61,875 nt of DNA from Flavobacteriales bacterium (GCA_036881805.1 JBAJNK010000009.1:1-61875); one strand, 5' to 3'; shown: positions 37,826-48,955, counted from the first letter of the stretch. The notes: generated by a model from the sequence alone, not told the origin. A program made the numbers and translations.

Positions 37826-40228
37826 CTATCCATTGAGATGGAACGGCAAGATCAGCTTGAATGAGATATTTCTTCCCATTTGATACATGCCGGTTGCTGG
37901 ATTTTTACCTATGTATTTCAGACGGCTCATATGGTCTTGGTAGACTTTGTCAAACAAATTATCGGCGATCACATAAATACGAGCTGAGCTGTTTCCGCTC
38001 TTGTTTGTAAGGGTACACCCCATACTCGCGTGAAACAAGGTGTAGTCGGGTGTAGCGGTTTCTGTATCGTATAGCGTGTAGACGTGGTCTTGTTTAAAGT
38101 TGTAGTCTAGACCCAAGGTTAAAAATACAGACTGGAAAACGGCCTTGGGCTTATACACCGCCTTTATTTCCGAGCGCAGATCAGGTGCAGGGATGAAAGG
38201 CAGGTATTTTCCCGCCTTGCTCGCGTAATCCTGGAATTGTCCATTTACAAAGGAAAAGCTGTTGTTCCAATGCAACCAGGGCACTTCTTTCGGGTGTACT
38301 TTCAAGCCGGCTTCAGCGCCCCAAAGCTGCGCATCTCCCTGCTCGTATTCGAACAATTCCGCCTCGCCAATCATTCGCTTCTCGGGGTCCTTATGGATGT
38401 AAATGTAATCGGCTATGGCGTTGTAGAAGCCAGAGAGATTAAGGGTTAGCGCATCGCTATCACAGATCAAACCCAGGTCGAACTCCGCATCGGTTTCTGG
38501 GTCTAGATTTGGATTTCCCAGTTCATAGCGACTGGTACCTTCGTGGATTCCATTTGCGGAGAGTTCCTGTGAGTTGGGTGCTCTAAAGCCGCGTGCTGCA
38601 TTGAACTTCACAGTCAGATAGTCGTCGATCAGGTAACTGAGTCCCAGGCTGGCGCTCAGATCTGAGAAATCCGCTTTAAAGGCGTTAAAACCGGGCTCGA
38701 TACCGACTTGAGCGGGTTCGTCCACTTCTAAGGCTTTGCTGTTTATATGGCGCAGATCAAAGCGAAGGCCCCCCGCTAGATTCCATTTGTCGGCGATGGT
38801 TTTGCTCACATAGCTGTAGCCGCCGAAGTCGAATAAGTCGTAATTGGGGATCAAGTTTTCCTCGCCCTGGGTTTTATTGGTTTGGTACATGCCGTTCGCA
38901 CCCCATGTGATGTTCCAACCGCCGATCGGGCTCAGGTAGTATCGCGCGCCGTAATTATAGGTTCGCAGTAGCAGATCCAGGGCTGCGCCGCTTTCTTCCG
39001 CCTCTGCTTCCTGTTCTTCACCCTCGTCCGCCTCGGCTTCTGGTGCCTCAAACTCTTGCCTTTTGTCTCGTTGATAAGCCAGATCGATTTGCAGGCGATC
39101 GGAACCGACAAATAGGTTTTGCTCGAGTTGCACCCGGTAATGCCTGAGTCTTTGATAGGGCAGTCCGATGGCATAACTATCTAACTCGCTTTGCGATACC
39201 ACTTTATCCACTATTTTCCCTTCCTCCTTCACGGGTTTGGTAAATGCGCCGGTCTCGTCTCTTTCCCCTTCGATAATCCCGAGTTTTTGACCAAAGGAAT
39301 TGAAGAAGAGTTGCGTATTGCCCCAGTTGTAATCCCAACCCAAATCACCGGAGAATTCGAGGTTTTCAAATCCCGAATTGTACACGGTGCCATCCGCATC
39401 ATTCTTATAATTACCCGCTTGTTTGCGGTCTAAATCGATGCGCCAAAAAAGGGCGTCGAGCCTTCCAGAGTTGCTCACACCGTATTCTTGCATGTCGTTG
39501 TTGCTCTGGTATTGCGATTGTAAATGCCCGCTTATCGCACCGTCTTTCAGCTGTTCCTCGGTGATGAAGTTAATCACACCCCCTAGGGCATCCGAGCCGT
39601 ATAGCAAGCTGCTGGGCCCTTTGATAACCTCTGCGCGCTGTATGCCGAGTTCTCCGAGTTGAACGCCGTGTTCAGCGCCCCACTGTTGTTCCTCTTGCCG
39701 CACCCCGTTGTAAAGGGTTACCACGTGGTTGTATCCCAGGCCGCGAATGATGGGTTTGGAGATGGCAGGCCCGGTTTGTAAATCGTCGACACCGGGTATT
39801 TGGGTGATGGCATTGACGATATTGGAGCTGGCCTCCGCTTCCATGTCTTTGGCTTGAATAACGGCTGAACTTATGGGTGCACGGCGTTGGTCGATCGAAT
39901 GGGCAACCCCGGTTACGATGATTTCGTCCAACTCCCCACTGATTTCTTTCAAGTGGATGCTATAATTTGATTGATCTTCGTTAAAAAAGACGTTTTTTGA
40001 TTGATATCCCACCATGGTTACGACAAAGGTAAAGCGCCCTTTGTTGGGAGTCTGTATTGAAAATTTCCCATTTGCGTTCGTCGCGGTTCCCTTTTGAAGC
40101 GCTTTGCTGTATAGATTGGCGCCAGACAAGGGATTTCCAGAAGCATCGGTAACCGTTCCGGATATATCGTGTTGCGCCATAAGCGCGGTGTTCGCCAAAA
40201 AGGCGAGGCATATAGTTAATTTTTTCAT
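37826..40228 (-). CDS. TonB-dependent outer-membrane receptor with N-terminal carboxypeptidase-regulatory-like domain
   Basis: 800 aa. It has a signal peptide, ISGTVTDASGNPLSGANLY (CarbopepD_reg-like), a plug region, and a long beta-barrel portion containing an acidic insert EAPEAEADEGEEQEAEAEESG. Confidence 0.85.
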   Translation of the reverse strand: MKKLTICLAFLANTALMAQHDISGTVTDASGNPLSGANLYSKALQKGTATNANGKFSIQTPNKGRFTFVVTMVGYQSKNVFFNEDQSNYSIHLKEISGELDEIIVTGVAHSIDQRRAPISSAVIQAKDMEAEASSNIVNAITQIPGVDDLQTGPAISKPIIRGLGYNHVVTLYNGVRQEEQQWGAEHGVQLGELGIQRAEVIKGPSSLLYGSDALGGVINFITEEQLKDGAISGHLQSQYQSNNDMQEYGVSNSGRLDALFWRIDLDRKQAGNYKNDADGTVYNSGFENLEFSGDLGWDYNWGNTQLFFNSFGQKLGIIEGERDETGAFTKPVKEEGKIVDKVVSQSELDSYAIGLPYQRLRHYRVQLEQNLFVGSDRLQIDLAYQRDKRQEFEAPEAEADEGEEQEAEAEESGAALDLLLRTYNYGARYYLSPIGGWNITWGANGMYQTNKTQGEENLIPNYDLFDFGGYSYVSKTIADKWNLAGGLRFDLRHINSKALEVDEPAQVGIEPGFNAFKADFSDLSASLGLSYLIDDYLTVKFNAARGFRAPNSQELSANGIHEGTSRYELGNPNLDPETDAEFDLGLICDSDALTLNLSGFYNAIADYIYIHKDPEKRMIGEAELFEYEQGDAQLWGAEAGLKVHPKEVPWLHWNNSFSFVNGQFQDYASKAGKYLPFIPAPDLRSEIKAVYKPKAVFQSVFLTLGLDYNFKQDHVYTLYDTETATPDYTLFHASMGCTLTNKSGNSSARIYVIADNLFDKVYQDHMSRLKYIGKNPATGMYQMGRNISFKLILPFHLNG

Positions 40229-40513
40229 ATTTTTGAATGGATTTTTTGTAAAAGATTGATTTTGCTTCTTCAGGGGATTAAATCGAGTGAGGAGGCGCTT
40301 TGTTGGGGTTATTTGTCCAACGCAAACGGATGTGTACGCTGTGTTTTGGGTCGGTATCTCTTTCTCGGGTTACCCCGAGCTCGTCAGGGCGCAAAGAAAT
40401 GCGATCGCTAGCGGGATCCGGACTGCTATGCTGTGCTGAGTAAATCAAATCACCCGAGTGTTTGTCGATCGATTTTTTCTGAAAATCTTGCCTGTGTACA
40501 TCTTTCACGCGGC

Positions 40514-40546
40514 CAAAGGTAAGGATATTGAAAAATACGGCACAAA
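40514..40546 (-). promoter_or_regulatory. Bacteroidota-type promoter for the TonB-dependent receptor gene
   Basis: On the minus strand: TTTG (plus 40543-40546), a 21-nt spacer, then TAccTTTG (plus 40514-40521). It lies about 280 nt upstream of the ATG at 40228. Confidence 0.4.
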
Positions 40547-40675
40547 GGAATTTTATCGATTGCGCAGCCCGTTGTTCTTTTCATTTAAAACCCCAATTTA
40601 ATAGGGTAAACGGGTATAGAAAAACAGATAGTTTGTATTTTCGTAAGCTGGAATTACAGAAAAGAGCCATAGTTT

Positions 40676-43168
40676 ATGCGTGAAGGAGAGAAGTTGATCC
40701 CCATCAACATAGAGGATGAGATGAAGTCATCTTATATCGACTATTCCATGTCGGTAATCGTATCCCGTGCACTGCCCGACGTGCGAGATGGATTGAAACC
40801 CGTGCATCGCCGTGTGCTCTACGGCATGTACGAATTGGGCGTCTTATCCAATCGTGCGCACAAAAAATCGGCTCGGATCGTGGGGGAAGTCTTGGGTAAG
40901 TACCACCCCCATGGGGATACTTCTGTGTACGATACCACAGTTCGAATGGCACAGGACTGGTCCTTGCGTTACCCCTTGGTCGACGGGCAGGGCAACTTTG
41001 GCTCCATCGATGGCGACCCCCCTGCAGCCATGCGCTATACAGAAGCCCGGTTGCAGAAAATGGCTGAAGACCTCTTATTGGACATCGATAAAGAGACCAT
41101 AGGCTTTCAATTGAACTTCGACGATTCGCTCACCGAGCCCAAAGTGTTACCGGCTCGGGTACCCAACCTGATCGCCAATGGTGCTTCGGGCATTGCGGTC
41201 GGTATGGCTACCAATATGCCGCCGCACAATCTCTCGGAGGCCGTCGATGCGATAAGGGCTTATATCGACAACCGAGACATAGAGATAGCGGAGTTGATGC
41301 AGCATATCAAGGCGCCCGACTTCCCGACCGGGGGGGTGATTTACGGCTATGATGGGGTGCGAGAATCCTTTGAAACCGGCCGGGGTCGGATAGTCGTCCG
41401 GGCCAAGCCCGAATTCGAGGTGATAAACGGTCGGGATTGCATCGTCGTTTCAGAAATCCCCTACCAGGTAAACAAAGCGGACTTGATAAAGCGAACAGCC
41501 GACTTGGTCAACGAAAAGAAACTGGAGGGCATCTCGTCCATTCGCGATGAGTCCGACCGCAAAGGGATGCGCATCGTTTACGTATTGAAGCCAGAAACCA
41601 TTCCAAATGTTGTTTTAAACAAGCTCTTCAAGTATACCGCACTGCAGACTTTCTTCAGTGTGAACAACATTGCCTTGGTAAACGGTCGTCCGCAGACGCT
41701 GAATATCAAAGATATGATTGCGCATTTTGTCGATCACCGCCACGAGGTCGTCACGCGTCGCACCCAGTACGAATTGGATAGGGCGGAAGCACGTGCCCAT
41801 ATTCTGTCGGGCTTGCTCATCGCCTTGGATCAACTGGACGAAGTGATCGCATTGATTCGCGCTTCGCAAACCATAGGAGAGGCCCGGGCGGGATTGGAGC
41901 GTCAGTTCAGCTTGAGCGAAGCCCAAGCCCGTGCGATTTTGGATATGCGCTTGCAGAAGTTGACCGGTCTTGAACGCGATAAGGTAAGAGCGGAATACGA
42001 ACGGTTGCGGCAGACCATCGTCCATTTGAGAGAAATTTTGGGAGTCGAATCCCTGCGAATGAACATCATCCGAGAAGAGCTCCTCGAGATTAAAGAAAAA
42101 TATGGAGATGAACGACGCACAGCAATCAACTATGCGGGGGGAGCCGTAACCCTAGCGGATATGATCCCCGATGAAAATGTAGTGGTGACCGTTTCGCATT
42201 TGGGATATATCAAGCGCACACCTCTTTCCGAATACCGCGCACAGCATCGCGGCGGTGTTGGACACCGAGGGGCCACCACGCGCGAGGCGGACTTCTTAGA
42301 ACGCATTTTCGTAGCGACCAACCACCAGTACCTACTCTTATTTACCGAGATGGGCAAATGCTATTGGCTGCGCGTATATGAGGTACCTGAAGGTTCTAAA
42401 ATGTCAAAGGGGCGTGCGGTTCAGAATTTGATAAACATGGATAAAGGAGATAAGGTACGCGCCTTTATACACACGCATGATTTAAAGGAATCGGATTATA
42501 CGAATGGCCATTACGTCATGATGGTTACCAAAAAGGGTCAGGTAAAGAAAACCCTTTTGGAGCGGTATTCGCGTCCGCGTTCAAATGGTATTAACGCCAT
42601 TGCCATCAAAGGTGGCGATACCCTTATCGAGGCTAAATTAACCACTGGAAACAGTCAGGTACTGCTCGCGGTGAGAAGCGGTAAGGCCGTTCGTTTTGAA
42701 GAGGGCAAAACCCGCCCTATGGGTCGGGTAGCCTCGGGCGTACGAGGCATTACGCTCGCCGATGATAGGGATGAAGTAGTGGGGATGATATGTGTCGATG
42801 ACTTGCAGTCCGAGGTTTTGGTAGTCAGTGAAAATGGATATGGAAAGCGCTCGTGTCTATCGGACTATCGACTGACCAACCGGGGTGGAAAAGGTGTGAA
42901 GACCATCAATATCACCGAGAAAACCGGTAGCTTGGTCGCTGTTAAAAACGTGACTGACTCAGATGATTTGATCATAATCAATCGCTCAGGGGTAATGATT
43001 CGCGTGCGCGTATCCGGTTTGCGCGTCATGGGGCGCAATACGCAAGGGGTTAAGCTGATCAATTTGAAGGGTGGCGATCGGATTGCGGCGGTGGCTAAGG
43101 TGGAACTGGGCTCTGATGCAGGCGGGAATCGCGCTTTAGACCCGGACCCACAGCCAGATCAAAAGTGA
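40676..43168 (+). CDS. gyrA: DNA gyrase subunit A
   Basis: 830 aa with the active-site region [10 protein letters not shown], the QRDR-like [10 protein letters not shown], and C-terminal beta-pinwheel repeats. Confidence 0.95.
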   Translation: MREGEKLIPINIEDEMKSSYIDYSMSVIVSRALPDVRDGLKPVHRRVLYGMYELGVLSNRAHKKSARIVGEVLGKYHPHGDTSVYDTTVRMAQDWSLRYPLVDGQGNFGSIDGDPPAAMRYTEARLQKMAEDLLLDIDKETIGFQLNFDDSLTEPKVLPARVPNLIANGASGIAVGMATNMPPHNLSEAVDAIRAYIDNRDIEIAELMQHIKAPDFPTGGVIYGYDGVRESFETGRGRIVVRAKPEFEVINGRDCIVVSEIPYQVNKADLIKRTADLVNEKKLEGISSIRDESDRKGMRIVYVLKPETIPNVVLNKLFKYTALQTFFSVNNIALVNGRPQTLNIKDMIAHFVDHRHEVVTRRTQYELDRAEARAHILSGLLIALDQLDEVIALIRASQTIGEARAGLERQFSLSEAQARAILDMRLQKLTGLERDKVRAEYERLRQTIVHLREILGVESLRMNIIREELLEIKEKYGDERRTAINYAGGAVTLADMIPDENVVVTVSHLGYIKRTPLSEYRAQHRGGVGHRGATTREADFLERIFVATNHQYLLLFTEMGKCYWLRVYEVPEGSKMSKGRAVQNLINMDKGDKVRAFIHTHDLKESDYTNGHYVMMVTKKGQVKKTLLERYSRPRSNGINAIAIKGGDTLIEAKLTTGNSQVLLAVRSGKAVRFEEGKTRPMGRVASGVRGITLADDRDEVVGMICVDDLQSEVLVVSENGYGKRSCLSDYRLTNRGGKGVKTINITEKTGSLVAVKNVTDSDDLIIINRSGVMIRVRVSGLRVMGRNTQGVKLINLKGGDRIAAVAKVELGSDAGGNRALDPDPQPDQK

Positions 43169-43209
43169 GCCGGGCAGACGTAGTACAGGTATAATTTAAA
43201 CTCGATGAG

Positions 43210-44646
43210 ATGAAAAAAACGGGATTATGGGTAATGGGTATATGCTTAACAGGGGCGAGTGTTTTCGCCCAACAAGCAGAGATTAAAGCCGCGCAGCACG
43301 CGCTCGGTGAAAAAGATTATAAAACAGCCCAGGTGCATATCGACCGAGCGGGCGCGTTGCTGGTGCAAAATCGCAGCCGAATGAAAGATGATATAGTAGC
43401 CTCGTATTATTATACCAAGGGAAATGTATATATGGGAATTGCCGACAGCGCACCAGGTCTCAGTACCGGTGCGGATCCGGTGGTCATCGGGGCAAAAGCC
43501 TATATTCGATTGCGGGATTTTGAATCTGGAAAATCGCATCAGGCGAAAAATTCAGCCACCGGCAACTGGACGTACTTCGATTCGGAAAGCGATATGAAAA
43601 GCGCCATGGCGAGCGGGAATTACAAAAAAACACGTGTGCGCAACCGCACGGCAAAGTACACGCCCCAACTCGGTACAGCTTTGCAGCAAAGGCTTACCAG
43701 CTTGGACAAAGCCACACGGGATGCTTACGAGACAAAAGATTTTCAAAAGGCGAGTGGTGATTACGTCGCCTTGTATTATCTGAACGATGCGGCAAGTGGG
43801 GAAAAACGTCCTATTTATCTGTATTATGCCGCTATCACTGCTGCGCAGGGAAAAGATTTTAAAACCGCTGCAAAGCATTATCAGAATCTGTTGCGCATGG
43901 GTTATACCGGTATGGGTAAACGCTATACATTGATGAACACAAAAACCGGTAAACGCGAGCCGGTTTCAAGCAAAAAAGTGGGCGAATTAATGGAAAAAAC
44001 GGATGCATATACCGATTTGAAGGCGGAACAATTGCCCAACAAACAACCTGAAATATATCGGTTTGCAGCCTATTCGTACGAGCAATTGGGCGATACAGCG
44101 CAAGCGCTTGCACTGTTGAAAAAGGGCGTATCTGCGTTTCCCCATGATAAAAACCTAATGGGCGACCTGGGCAGTCTGTACGCACAGCGAGGAGATATGG
44201 ATTCGTACATTACAATTTTAAGAAAATGGGTTGCCGACGATCCAAACAATGCGCAGTTGTGCTGCGATATGGGGCGGGCATTGTACCGGAAGGGCGACCA
44301 CCAAGCGGCCGAAAAATATTATAGAAAAGCCATTGCCTTAAAACCGGATATGGGGGATGCCTACTTTTATTTAGCGGTTGTCGAACTGGCTCCTGAAAGT
44401 GAGATTATCGCTCAGGTGAATGAGTTGGGAAATTCCAAGGCTGATAACGCTGCGTATAAATCGCTCCAAAAAAAGCGTTCAGCGCTTTATAAAAGTGTCG
44501 TACCCCTATTGGAACAGGCTCGGAAGTATAACGCCTCGAGAAAAAGGGTTGTATTGCAAACCTTAAAAAAGATTTACGCCGATCAGAGTATGGATGCCAA
44601 GTACGAAGAAGTTCAGGCCGCCCTCAAAGCCCTGGATAACCAATAG
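43210..44646 (+). CDS. secreted tetratricopeptide-repeat protein
   Basis: 478 aa with a signal peptide. TPR-like A/Y/G-patterned helices run through the C-terminal half. Confidence 0.55.
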   Translation: MKKTGLWVMGICLTGASVFAQQAEIKAAQHALGEKDYKTAQVHIDRAGALLVQNRSRMKDDIVASYYYTKGNVYMGIADSAPGLSTGADPVVIGAKAYIRLRDFESGKSHQAKNSATGNWTYFDSESDMKSAMASGNYKKTRVRNRTAKYTPQLGTALQQRLTSLDKATRDAYETKDFQKASGDYVALYYLNDAASGEKRPIYLYYAAITAAQGKDFKTAAKHYQNLLRMGYTGMGKRYTLMNTKTGKREPVSSKKVGELMEKTDAYTDLKAEQLPNKQPEIYRFAAYSYEQLGDTAQALALLKKGVSAFPHDKNLMGDLGSLYAQRGDMDSYITILRKWVADDPNNAQLCCDMGRALYRKGDHQAAEKYYRKAIALKPDMGDAYFYLAVVELAPESEIIAQVNELGNSKADNAAYKSLQKKRSALYKSVVPLLEQARKYNASRKRVVLQTLKKIYADQSMDAKYEEVQAALKALDNQ

Positions 44647-44673
44647 CATTTTTTCAAGTGAGTCAAGTGGTTT

Positions 44674-44700
44674 ATCCGATGGTGTAATCGGATTTGTATC
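44674..44700 (+). terminator. hairpin downstream of the TPR gene (possible terminator)
   Basis: atccgat-ggtgta-atcggat forms a perfect 7-bp stem and is followed by tttgtat. The U-tract is weak. Confidence 0.3.
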
Positions 44701-45400
44701 GAAAAAAGCCCGTATCCAAAGGCTGGTGCGGCGGGTTGGTTTTAGGGGTCAGCCCGCTGACTCTTATTGTACATTCGGTTTGGGGCGGGTTTAAAAAAAG
44801 GGATTAATTTTCTGTTTTTTGTTCCCATCGGCTATCGGAACACACCCATGCTTTACAACTTTACTATCAACGCTTATCTTTTTGGTCTTGTCTGTGCTGT
44901 GTGTCAGTTGCCAAAGTCTAACCACATCGTCGATTGCGTAGGGGCGTTACAAACCCGGAATTACGCTTTTGTCTTTGCCCTATAGGGTATTTTAAAACGC
45001 GGGTTTTATTTTGGTTTTGTCATTTTGTGAGAATTTGAAAAGCGTTATCTCTTTGTTTTTTTCCCGTGGGGTTTAAGCTGACTTTTATTATATATCCCAA
45101 CTGGGAGGTGGCCTGAAAAGTAGGGCTTGTTTTTCTCCTTTCGCGGCGGTTTTAAAAAGCCATCCTTACTTTGTGTTTCTGTGTCGATTTGGAAAGGCGC
45201 ATTTCCCGCTTGGCAGCTAAAAAGGGCGGCTTATTTTTTGTACTTGTGGAGCGCCTGAGAGCTCAGTGTTTATCTTTTGTTTTTGATCTTTCATGTACAA
45301 TTTCCCTAGGCGTAGCGGTTTGAAAAGGAATACGCATCTTTTGATATTTGTTTTGCGCGGTGATCTGAAAAGGGAGAATTACGCTTTGTTCGCGTGCGGT
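44700..45400 (+). repeat. array E of the ~44-bp intergenic repeat family
   Basis: Units include gggtttaaaaaaagggattaatttt, gaatttgaaaagcgttatctctttg, ggcctgaaaagtagggcttgttttt, ggttttaaaaagcc, gctaaaaagggcggcttatttttt and ggtttgaaaaggaatacgc. Two long modules lie at 44748-44800 and 45070-45120. Confidence 0.8.
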
Positions 45401-45407
45401 TTCCGCC

Positions 45408-46595
45408 TTAGCCCAAGTTCTCCAAAACCATAGCAGAAGCGCCGCCCCCGCCGTTGCAAATGCCAGCGACGCCATATCTCGCATCGTTTTGTTTCAATGC
45501 GTTTAGCAGGGTGATCACAATGCGCGCGCCCGACATACCGAGCGGATGTCCCAGCGAAACCGCACCGCCGTTTACATTGATTTTTTCCAGCGCTAGTCCA
45601 AGGCATTTACCGAGAGCCAGTACGACCACTGAAAAGGCTTCATTTAATTCGTAATATTCGATATCCGTTTTTTTTAAACCCGCTTTTTTAATGGCTTTGT
45701 GAACCGCTTGGACTGGAGCCGTGGTAAACCACTTAGGCGCTTGGGCGGCATCTGCATAAGAGATGATCTGGGCCAAGGGCTTTATATGTAGCGCACCGGC
45801 TTTTTCTGCGCTCGTGATGACCAGTGCGGCTGCACCGTCATTTAAAGTACTCGCGTTGGCAGCTGTTATCGTGCCATCTCTTTTAAATACCGGTCGCAAT
45901 TGCGGTATCTTATCGATCTGAACGTTTTTATACTCTTCATCTGCTTTGAGGACTATGGGTTCTCCCCTGCGTTGGGGAATGGTAACCGGAATGACTTCAT
46001 CGGCAAACCGGCCCGATTTCCATGCCGCCGCCGCGCGCTTATACGACTCGATGGCAAACCCATCCTGATCGGCACGGCTAAAACCATAGGTTTCCGCGCA
46101 AGCCTCTGCGCACAACCCCATGTGAATGGAGTCGTACGCATCTGTGAGGCCGTCCTTTAGCAGCCCGTCGACCATTTCAAAGCCGCCTAATTTCTGTCCG
46201 CTACGCCCCTTATCAAAGTAGTGCGGTACCCGAGACATGCTTTCCATGCCGCCGGCGACCGCGATTTCCGCATCGCCACATTTAATCGCTTGAGTCGCAA
46301 ACGCAATGGCTTTCATGCCTGAGGCGCATACCTTATTTACCGTTGTACAGGGTGTGTGTTCGTGGATTCCCGCTCCCAAAGCAGCCTGGCGAGCCGGGGC
46401 CTGACCTGCATTGGCTTGCAAGGCGTTTCCCATAAAGACCTCATCGACGGTGGCTGGGTCCAAGTTTATTTTTTGCAGTGCATTTTCAATGGCTATACTA
46501 CCCAATTCGGTAGCCGTTAGGGTAGCGAGGCGTCCCATAAAACGCCCGATCGGCGTGCGTACTGCAGCTGCGATCACAACATTTTTATCACGCAT
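45408..46595 (-). CDS. acetyl-CoA C-acetyltransferase (thiolase II)
   Basis: 395 aa with VNKVCASGMKA, NGGAVSLGHPLGMSG and CNGGGGA. Confidence 0.9.
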   Translation of the reverse strand: MRDKNVVIAAAVRTPIGRFMGRLATLTATELGSIAIENALQKINLDPATVDEVFMGNALQANAGQAPARQAALGAGIHEHTPCTTVNKVCASGMKAIAFATQAIKCGDAEIAVAGGMESMSRVPHYFDKGRSGQKLGGFEMVDGLLKDGLTDAYDSIHMGLCAEACAETYGFSRADQDGFAIESYKRAAAAWKSGRFADEVIPVTIPQRRGEPIVLKADEEYKNVQIDKIPQLRPVFKRDGTITAANASTLNDGAAALVITSAEKAGALHIKPLAQIISYADAAQAPKWFTTAPVQAVHKAIKKAGLKKTDIEYYELNEAFSVVVLALGKCLGLALEKINVNGGAVSLGHPLGMSGARIVITLLNALKQNDARYGVAGICNGGGGASAMVLENLG

Positions 46596-46671
46596 ATTTT
46601 CCTGCTTGTGCGTTGGCGATTGACGCGTTCAAAGGTATTGATTTTTTAATACATTTGCGTTTTAACCCGGT

Positions 46672-48759
46672 ATGAACGGCCTGCTGATTTGGTACTATAA
46701 AAACAATGGTCTCATCTACAAAATTGTTTTGTTCCTCCTCACAGCGGCCTTTATCTCGTATTTCTTTCCGAGAAGGGGTCTTTTCAAATACGAATTTCAA
46801 AAGGGGAAGCCCTGGTTGCCCGAAGACTTGATCGCCCCCTTTGATTTTCCGCTGCTAAAAACGCCGGAAGCCCTCAAAGCGGAGCGTAGAGAGTTGATTC
46901 AAAACAAGCGCTATTACTTCAATTACAAACCGGCAATTGCCGCTGGTAAAATAGCCGATATACAAGAAGCGGTAGATATGTGGAATAGCGATACGGCTCA
47001 CATGGCTATCGATCAGCCGATTCTGGACAAGGGAAAACAACTCCTCAACAGCATCTATAGCCAGGGCATTGTACATCAAACGCCGCTATTGGCCGATTTG
47101 GATACGACCCAGATCGTTTACTTGATCGATTCAGATAGGGTGGTTGCGCCGGTTTCGTTCTCCCGGTTCTACACCTTGCGAAAAGCCGCAGCTCATATAG
47201 GCAAAGCGTTGAGATCGGCGCCGGGTTATTCGGAATCAAGCCCCTTTCGAGCGATTCTGATCAATGCACTCGAGCCCGACGTGTTCTTTGATAAAAGCCT
47301 TACCCAAAAAGCGTTGGATGAGCAGTTAAACCATGTCGCGACGACCCAAGGTGTCGTACAAAAAGGCACTCGCATTATTTCCAAAGGTGATATCGTGCAA
47401 AGTGATGCTTACAAAAAATTGATCGCTTTAAAAAGCGAATACGAGAATCAACTGTACAGCGAGAGCGATTATCACGAGATGCTCGCCGGGTATTTCATCC
47501 TCGTCGGAATATTGCTCTTCATGCTGTTGCTGTATCTGTATTATTATGAGCGAGATATATACGACCACAACTCCCAAGTCACCTTTATCATTTTTAATAT
47601 CGCCTTGATGGTTTTGCTCGCTATCGCGGTTAAACCGCTCACGGGTAATTTTATTTATCTCGTCCCCTTTTGTATGCTCCCCATCGTCATACGCGCTTTT
47701 TTCGATTCCCGAATGGCTTTGTTCGCGCATTGGGTAGCCATACTGATCGCGAGTTTTGTAGCGGCTAGCAGTTTTGAGTTTATCTACCTGCAGCTCACCG
47801 CCGGGGTGTTTACCACATTGACGACCAAGCGTATTTTTAAGCGGGGGGATTTGTTTTTTACCGCATTGCGGATCGTTTTGGTATACGCGGTCGCTTATTG
47901 TGGTCTAGCACTGTTGCAGGACCACCGTTTTCAGCGAGTGGACTATGTCAACCTCGCCTTTTTTGCTGGAAATGGACTCTTGATTTTGCTGGCACAGCCG
48001 CTCATTTATCTGTATGAAAAGGTTTTTGGATTGGTATCCAACATCTCTCTCCTCGAGCTATCAGACTCCAATTCACCCCTTTTGCGACAATTGAACCAAA
48101 AGGCTCCGGGCACCACGCAACACGCGCTCCAGGTGGCCAACCTAGCTGAACAAGCAGCCATGGAAGTAGGGGGAAACCCGCTTTTGGTGCGCATTGGCGC
48201 CTTGTACCACGATATTGGGAAAATGAATAATCCGACTTACTTCGTCGAAAATCAGAGCGCCATAGCCAACCCACATGAAAGCCTATCGCCCAAAGAGAGT
48301 GCGGCTACTATCATACGTCATGTGATCGACGGCATTGAATTGGCCAAGAAAAACAACATCCCAGATCGCGTTATCGATTTTATCCGTACCCACCACGGCA
48401 CGAGCCTGGTGTACTACTTCTTCGAAAAGTATAAAGAGCAAAATCCCGATGCCGAAATCGATGAAAGCGATTTTCGCTACCCGGGACCGATCCCATTTTC
48501 AAAAGAGACCATCATTGTTATGATGACCGACTCGATCGAAGCCGCTTCGCGTTCACTCAAACGAGCAGACGCCTTACAAATCAGCAACCTGGTGGATCGA
48601 GTGGTAGATAAACAACTCTCAGAAGGACAGTTTCTCAACGCCGAAATCACCATGAAAGAAATTCAGACTGTAAAAAAATTACTAAAAAAGAAGCTCATAA
48701 ACATCTTTCACGTGCGGATGGAGTACCCGGATCAGCATTTTGACAAAAAAAGTTTGTGA
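46672..48759 (+). CDS. 7TM-receptor-linked HDIG phosphohydrolase (PgpH-like)
   Basis: 695 aa. It has an N-terminal extracellular region, seven hydrophobic helices, and a C-terminal HD/HDIG domain (ALYHDIGK...THHG). Confidence 0.8.
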   Translation: MNGLLIWYYKNNGLIYKIVLFLLTAAFISYFFPRRGLFKYEFQKGKPWLPEDLIAPFDFPLLKTPEALKAERRELIQNKRYYFNYKPAIAAGKIADIQEAVDMWNSDTAHMAIDQPILDKGKQLLNSIYSQGIVHQTPLLADLDTTQIVYLIDSDRVVAPVSFSRFYTLRKAAAHIGKALRSAPGYSESSPFRAILINALEPDVFFDKSLTQKALDEQLNHVATTQGVVQKGTRIISKGDIVQSDAYKKLIALKSEYENQLYSESDYHEMLAGYFILVGILLFMLLLYLYYYERDIYDHNSQVTFIIFNIALMVLLAIAVKPLTGNFIYLVPFCMLPIVIRAFFDSRMALFAHWVAILIASFVAASSFEFIYLQLTAGVFTTLTTKRIFKRGDLFFTALRIVLVYAVAYCGLALLQDHRFQRVDYVNLAFFAGNGLLILLAQPLIYLYEKVFGLVSNISLLELSDSNSPLLRQLNQKAPGTTQHALQVANLAEQAAMEVGGNPLLVRIGALYHDIGKMNNPTYFVENQSAIANPHESLSPKESAATIIRHVIDGIELAKKNNIPDRVIDFIRTHHGTSLVYYFFEKYKEQNPDAEIDESDFRYPGPIPFSKETIIVMMTDSIEAASRSLKRADALQISNLVDRVVDKQLSEGQFLNAEITMKEIQTVKKLLKKKLINIFHVRMEYPDQHFDKKSL

Positions 48760-48819
48760 GGTTTTAAGCCCTACTTTAGATTTGCAGCCCGTTTGGGTGT
48801 CGATGTCATCCACGAGCTG

Positions 48820-48903
48820 GGAGAGGTGGCAGAGTGGTAATGCAGCAGATTGCTAATCTGTGATCGCGATAGCGATCCCGGGGTTCGAATCCCCGTCTCT
48901 CCG
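48820..48903 (+). tRNA. tRNA-Ser (anticodon GCU)
   Basis: Acceptor stem ggagagg / tctctcc. The anticodon arm is gcaga-ttGCTaa-tctgt. It has a long variable arm gatcgcgatagcgatcc and T-arm ccggggttcgaatccccg. No CCA is encoded. Confidence 0.9.
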
Positions 48904-48955
48904 CTATCCAATCTGCAATGGCACAACTTATGAAGTCAATCGGGTCTTTGTCACG

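Noticed and set aside
40364-40387. Hammerhead-ribozyme-like core CUGACGAG-CUCGGG-GUAA-CCCGAG-AAAG in the receptor leader (minus strand)
   Set aside because: The stem II closing pair and the obligatory G12 of the GAAA element are missing: the helix is followed directly by AAA. I could not identify convincing stems I and III or a UH cleavage site, so the resemblance is probably coincidental.
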